A stretch of DNA of 35,514 bases, taken from contig NIVC01004766.1 in NCBI GenBank assembly GCA_002269645.1, forward strand, positions 1 through 35,514, given 5' to 3'. A program made the translations under genes and the position numbers. This document shows positions 32,011 to 35,514 of this stretch, one piece after another. The first letter of the stretch is position 1. Each line of letters opens with the position of its first letter. The stretch comes from Macrostomum lignano. Its lineage: Eukaryota. The notes under the pieces were generated by a model. It was not told where the DNA came from and ran no database searches. It saw nothing but the letters and a program-made list of their open reading frames with translations.

Positions 32011-33742
32011 AATTGTTAGGGCAGATTGGAAATTCTCATGAATTCCCTTCGCTGACGAAAAAGTAAAAAACAATCGAGATTGTTAGTTTAACAAGATCAG
32101 CGCCCAGCCACTGAAACTTGGTCGCTAAGTTTCGCTCGCATTTTTAATTAGCACCCTATCCCATCCCTTCCCACTATGCTGCAACACATGACTTTTTTCC
32201 GTAACCTTTTCGTTCAGCAAGTTGCAGCCAAGCACGCAGTTAGCAAAAATTTCCTGCAGTTTCCACTGCATTCCTGGAAAATGTCATCTAGCCACACACG
32301 CAGTAGCGCGGGATTGTCTGCGCTACACATGCAGAATGCAAGTGCATCGCGCAAGGAGGCTTAATATTTTGAAACCCCAAAAAATCCTACACTGTACTTC
32401 TACATAGATGGTGCTATGGATGAAAAGTGTCGAAGCTCTAACAACTTTTTACACGTGCCTTTCAAACAACGTCTTCATCAAGTCTTCGCTGCCTTCAACT
32501 GCCAAGCGCTTAAGTGGGTCTTTTTTATTCGACGAGGCAGGAGGGCTGTGTGCACCCTGGCGCATTTTAAGCGACATTGTCACACAACCGGCAAGTGACA
32601 TTCTTGCCCATTCCGCCGACTCCCCTGAGCAGGCGCTCAAGCGCTCTGATACGTACGCAGTCATACGCACAGGCACACACTCACACAGGAGTGTACAGTG
32701 GCCCTGACTTTATTTATCGTTAGGCATGTACACTTCACTGTGCCTTGGGTGTTGGCACTCAAGGCTGTTAATTGCACGAGCAGAGCCAAGCCGAGATTCC
32801 AATTTGCCCCCAAATTGATGTGACTCATCATCGATCGATCCTGGGCCGATCACATCAGAGCGCCACACTGGACCAACACCATGGGCTACGGCCACAATCG
32901 CCTAAGTGGATCATTGCTGCTTCTCTGGCTAGCATTGAGAAGTATAATCGTAGCCATATGACTTTGATTGGAGTTTGATGAGCAGTCGATGGCGCCACAA
33001 CAAAACGTGAACTTTCGTGTCGACCAAATATCTGGTTAGAAATTCCGCAACTCTTACGAGCGCATAAGTCAGTGTGCCATGGATAGATAGAGGTAGAGAG
33101 TTCCGAATGTCGAAAGTGATTTCGGGTTTACTTGGGGATTGAAGGGCGCAAAGCCGGGAAAAGAAGGCAAGCTCCGAAGCCGCATCTGACGCTACGAAAT
33201 CTCTGGGGAGTTGCCGCCTACCTGTCCAAGCAGGCCGAATAGTGAACCGAGCGTGAACTTTCGATTGCGTGGGTCGAGTCGTAGACTTTTCGTTCGCATA
33301 AAATATTTTATTTATTCCCCTCGGCTGTGGCAGGTAGACCGCCACAGAGCCGTGTTTGTTTTAAGAGAAGGCAGACGGAAATGTCAGTGGAGGCTTCAGG
33401 GGCTGCATCTGTCTGTCCCTTGTACAATTTTACGGGTTCCACTGCGTGGGACAGCGTGGCAGAGAGTTGGCGACTTCTGTTAGCCGTAAACTGGGGTGGC
33501 TCTGTTGATGCAGGCTTTATTGAGAGTCAATGCCGATTCCCGATCCGTGAGGTGGTCGGGTTGAATCAGAAAACTCTCTCCATATTGCGTTTATTTTCTC
33601 TGCGGCAACCAAGTTGAAACTCGATTTATCCCTACGCAAAGCACCTGCTGGTAAACTGGCATGCGAGCTGTCCATCAGTGAATTGTTTTTATAATATTTC
33701 CCGATTAGTTTTGCCCATTAAGTTCACCTCAGGTAAACTTGG

Positions 33743-33879
33743 GACACAGCAGCTGAGGCAATGGTAGACACAGCAGCTGAGTCAATGGTAGACAGAGCAG
33801 CAGAATCAATGGTAGACACAGTAGCTGAGGCAATGGTAGACACAGTAGCTGAGGCAATGGTAGACACAGTAGCTGAGTC
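33743..33879. repeat. 27-bp minisatellite (cacagtagctgaggcaatggtagacac), about 5 copies
   Basis: Direct tandem units. Confidence 0.9.
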
Positions 33880-34129
33880 AATATACGCTTAGTAATCCGA
33901 AATTTCCCACCCAAATCAGCCCTCTGCATGGCATGACCCGAGGAGAATTGATAGCAGTAAACATGTGGCATCTGTCACGTTGAGAGCTCTGCCGATTTTC
34001 CACCGTAAGCAATTAGTTTCTGGGGGAGACAAATTGCTGCTTGCATGACAGAAAGACAAATTGGCTTCGTTTCTTGGAATCAATTTTGATGGGTATTTTA
34101 GGGAAATTTTAAAGCACTGACCGATTAGC

Positions 34130-34179
<50 letters not shown>

Positions 34180-34180
34180 C

Positions 34181-34218
<38 letters not shown>

Positions 34219-34238
34219 TGACAGACAGACAGACAGAC
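34130..34238. repeat. (GACA)n microsatellite
   Basis: Nearly pure gaca run. Confidence 0.95.
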
Positions 34239-34810
34239 TCATGTTGTCAAGTCTGCTCTGCACTCCATAAAGTTATGGCAGGATACCCAATATTGTTTCG
34301 AACTTCCAAGCTCAAAGGCGGCACGGCTCGTCTTCAGATTTTTATTGTTCAACAAGCCGCAGCAGCAGCCCCTCGGCAGTTCAAGCAGTTAACAGACTGC
34401 CTGATCTCCTGATTTTGCTTCAAGGGATTTTTATTGCTGCAGCGACAAATTCTGCCAAGGCGAGTGCGGGGAAGGCCGTGTGGAGTTGGAAGCGAAATCG
34501 CGACCCCGAGGAGCAGAGCAGCTGTTGGTTTTAACTTTGCTTCCAGCCAGCTAAAGCAGAAGCTTGGCTGCATCCTGGTAAAGGCCAGGGAGTGCTGCAA
34601 GTTCGTGTTATTGCGTCTTTACGGCATTCCTGGTGGCGCCTTCAATCATGCCTGCCTTTCAATAAGTCTGCGTAGGCAGCCTGCTTTGGGTGCCCGCTGG
34701 GTTTGATTCAACAAATTTTGGAGGGAGTTCGCAGATTGAAAGTTGAAAGTCGTCGTGAAACAGCAACAACTTTTGTGGACTGCTGCGACTCTTTTGTACA
34801 GAGGATAAGA

Positions 34811-35300
34811 TAGGGAGAGAGGGAGAGGGGGAGGCGAGAGAGAGAGGGAGAGGGGGAGGCGAGAGGAGAGAGAGGAGAGAGGGAGGCGAGAGGGAGAGAG
34901 GGAGGGGGAGGCGAGAGGGAGAGAGGGAGAGGGGGAGGCGAGAGGGAGAGAGGGAGAGGGGGAGGCGAGAGGGAGAGAGGAGAGGGAGGCGAGAGGGAGA
35001 GAGGGAGAGAGGGAGGCGAGAGGGAAGAGGGAGAGGGGGAGGCGAGAGGGAGAGAGGGAAAGGAAGAAGAAGGAGAGAGAGGGAGGAGAGAGAGAGAGGA
35101 GGGCACCTCCAATCTCAGGCCTGACACGGTAGAAAGGACTGACAAAAGTCAATTTAGTTGGATTGCCGATAATTCGAATCAGATAAATTCTTCGTCAGGG
35201 CTAAAAAGAGAGAGGGGGGGAGAAAGGGAGAGAGGGAGAGAGGGAGAAGGAGAGAGGAGAAAGAGAGGGGGGGAAGGGAGAAAGAAAGAGAGAGCGAGCG
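34811..35300. repeat. Polypurine (GA/GGA)-rich low-complexity tracts (34811-35103 and 35207-35300)
   Basis: gagagggagaggggggaggc units, the source of the PSLPLAS ORFs on the minus strand. Confidence 0.92.
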
Positions 35301-35514
35301 AATACAAAGTAATGAGGAGATTTTGGGAGAAACTTGAAGTTCTCATAGCCGCAAAGTATCTTAGTGATAATTCTCAATGAAATTAGCCGGCATGTATCGA
35401 AAACAAACTTATTTTGCACTCGTGTCCAAAAAATGAAACTAAAATTACAATTATACTAGTCAACCCATTAAAACGCTTAGCAGAACTTCTTAGTGGTGGA
35501 TTATCATGGGACTT

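Noticed and set aside
32100-33700. Moderately GC-rich region with several 60-138 aa ORFs
   Set aside because: No family motif was recognised in any frame I read and there is no convincing exon structure. A tblastx/RNA-seq check is needed, so it is left uncalled.
34330-34706. Short GC-rich ORFs as a secreted peptide gene
   Set aside because: No ATG-led ORF with a clear signal peptide or dibasic cleavage pattern. It may be a UTR (minus-strand AATAAA near 34345).

Overview
Eukaryotic (metazoan) genomic DNA with spliceosomal GT-AG introns, GC-rich exons, and AT-rich, minisatellite-laden non-coding DNA. Roughly a quarter of the window is tandem repeat. A free-living flatworm such as Macrostomum is my inference from genome texture; the sequence alone does not prove it. 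Genes reconstructed by hand: (1) last exon of TFIIH subunit p34 (GTF2H3/Tfb4) with three frameshifting insertions (127-550,+); (2) intronless type-1 cystatin/stefin (3002-3310,+); (3) 3-exon DEG/ENaC/ASIC-family channel, 558 aa, with atypical signature motifs (12318-14891,+); (4) 3-exon AASDHPPT 4'-phosphopantetheinyl transferase (16272-18753,-); (5) disrupted fibrinogen-related-domain gene (21065-22337,+); (6) intact 9-exon SLC13/Indy-type Na+:anion symporter, 703 aa (23695-29042,-). Non-coding content includes two CORE-type tRNA-derived SINEs, a MITE carrying a minisatellite, telomere-like hexamers inside an inverted-repeat element, and about 15 micro/minisatellite arrays. Top leads: the AASDHPPT first exon has no start codon and begins in phase 0 at a splice acceptor, which fits an initiator AUG supplied by flatworm spliced-leader trans-splicing; and a 48-bp perfect palindrome flanked by an 8-bp target-site duplication, a 'TIR-only' transposon, sits in an SLC13 intron. 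Most long ORFs in the supplied track are translations of tandem repeats and are not genes.
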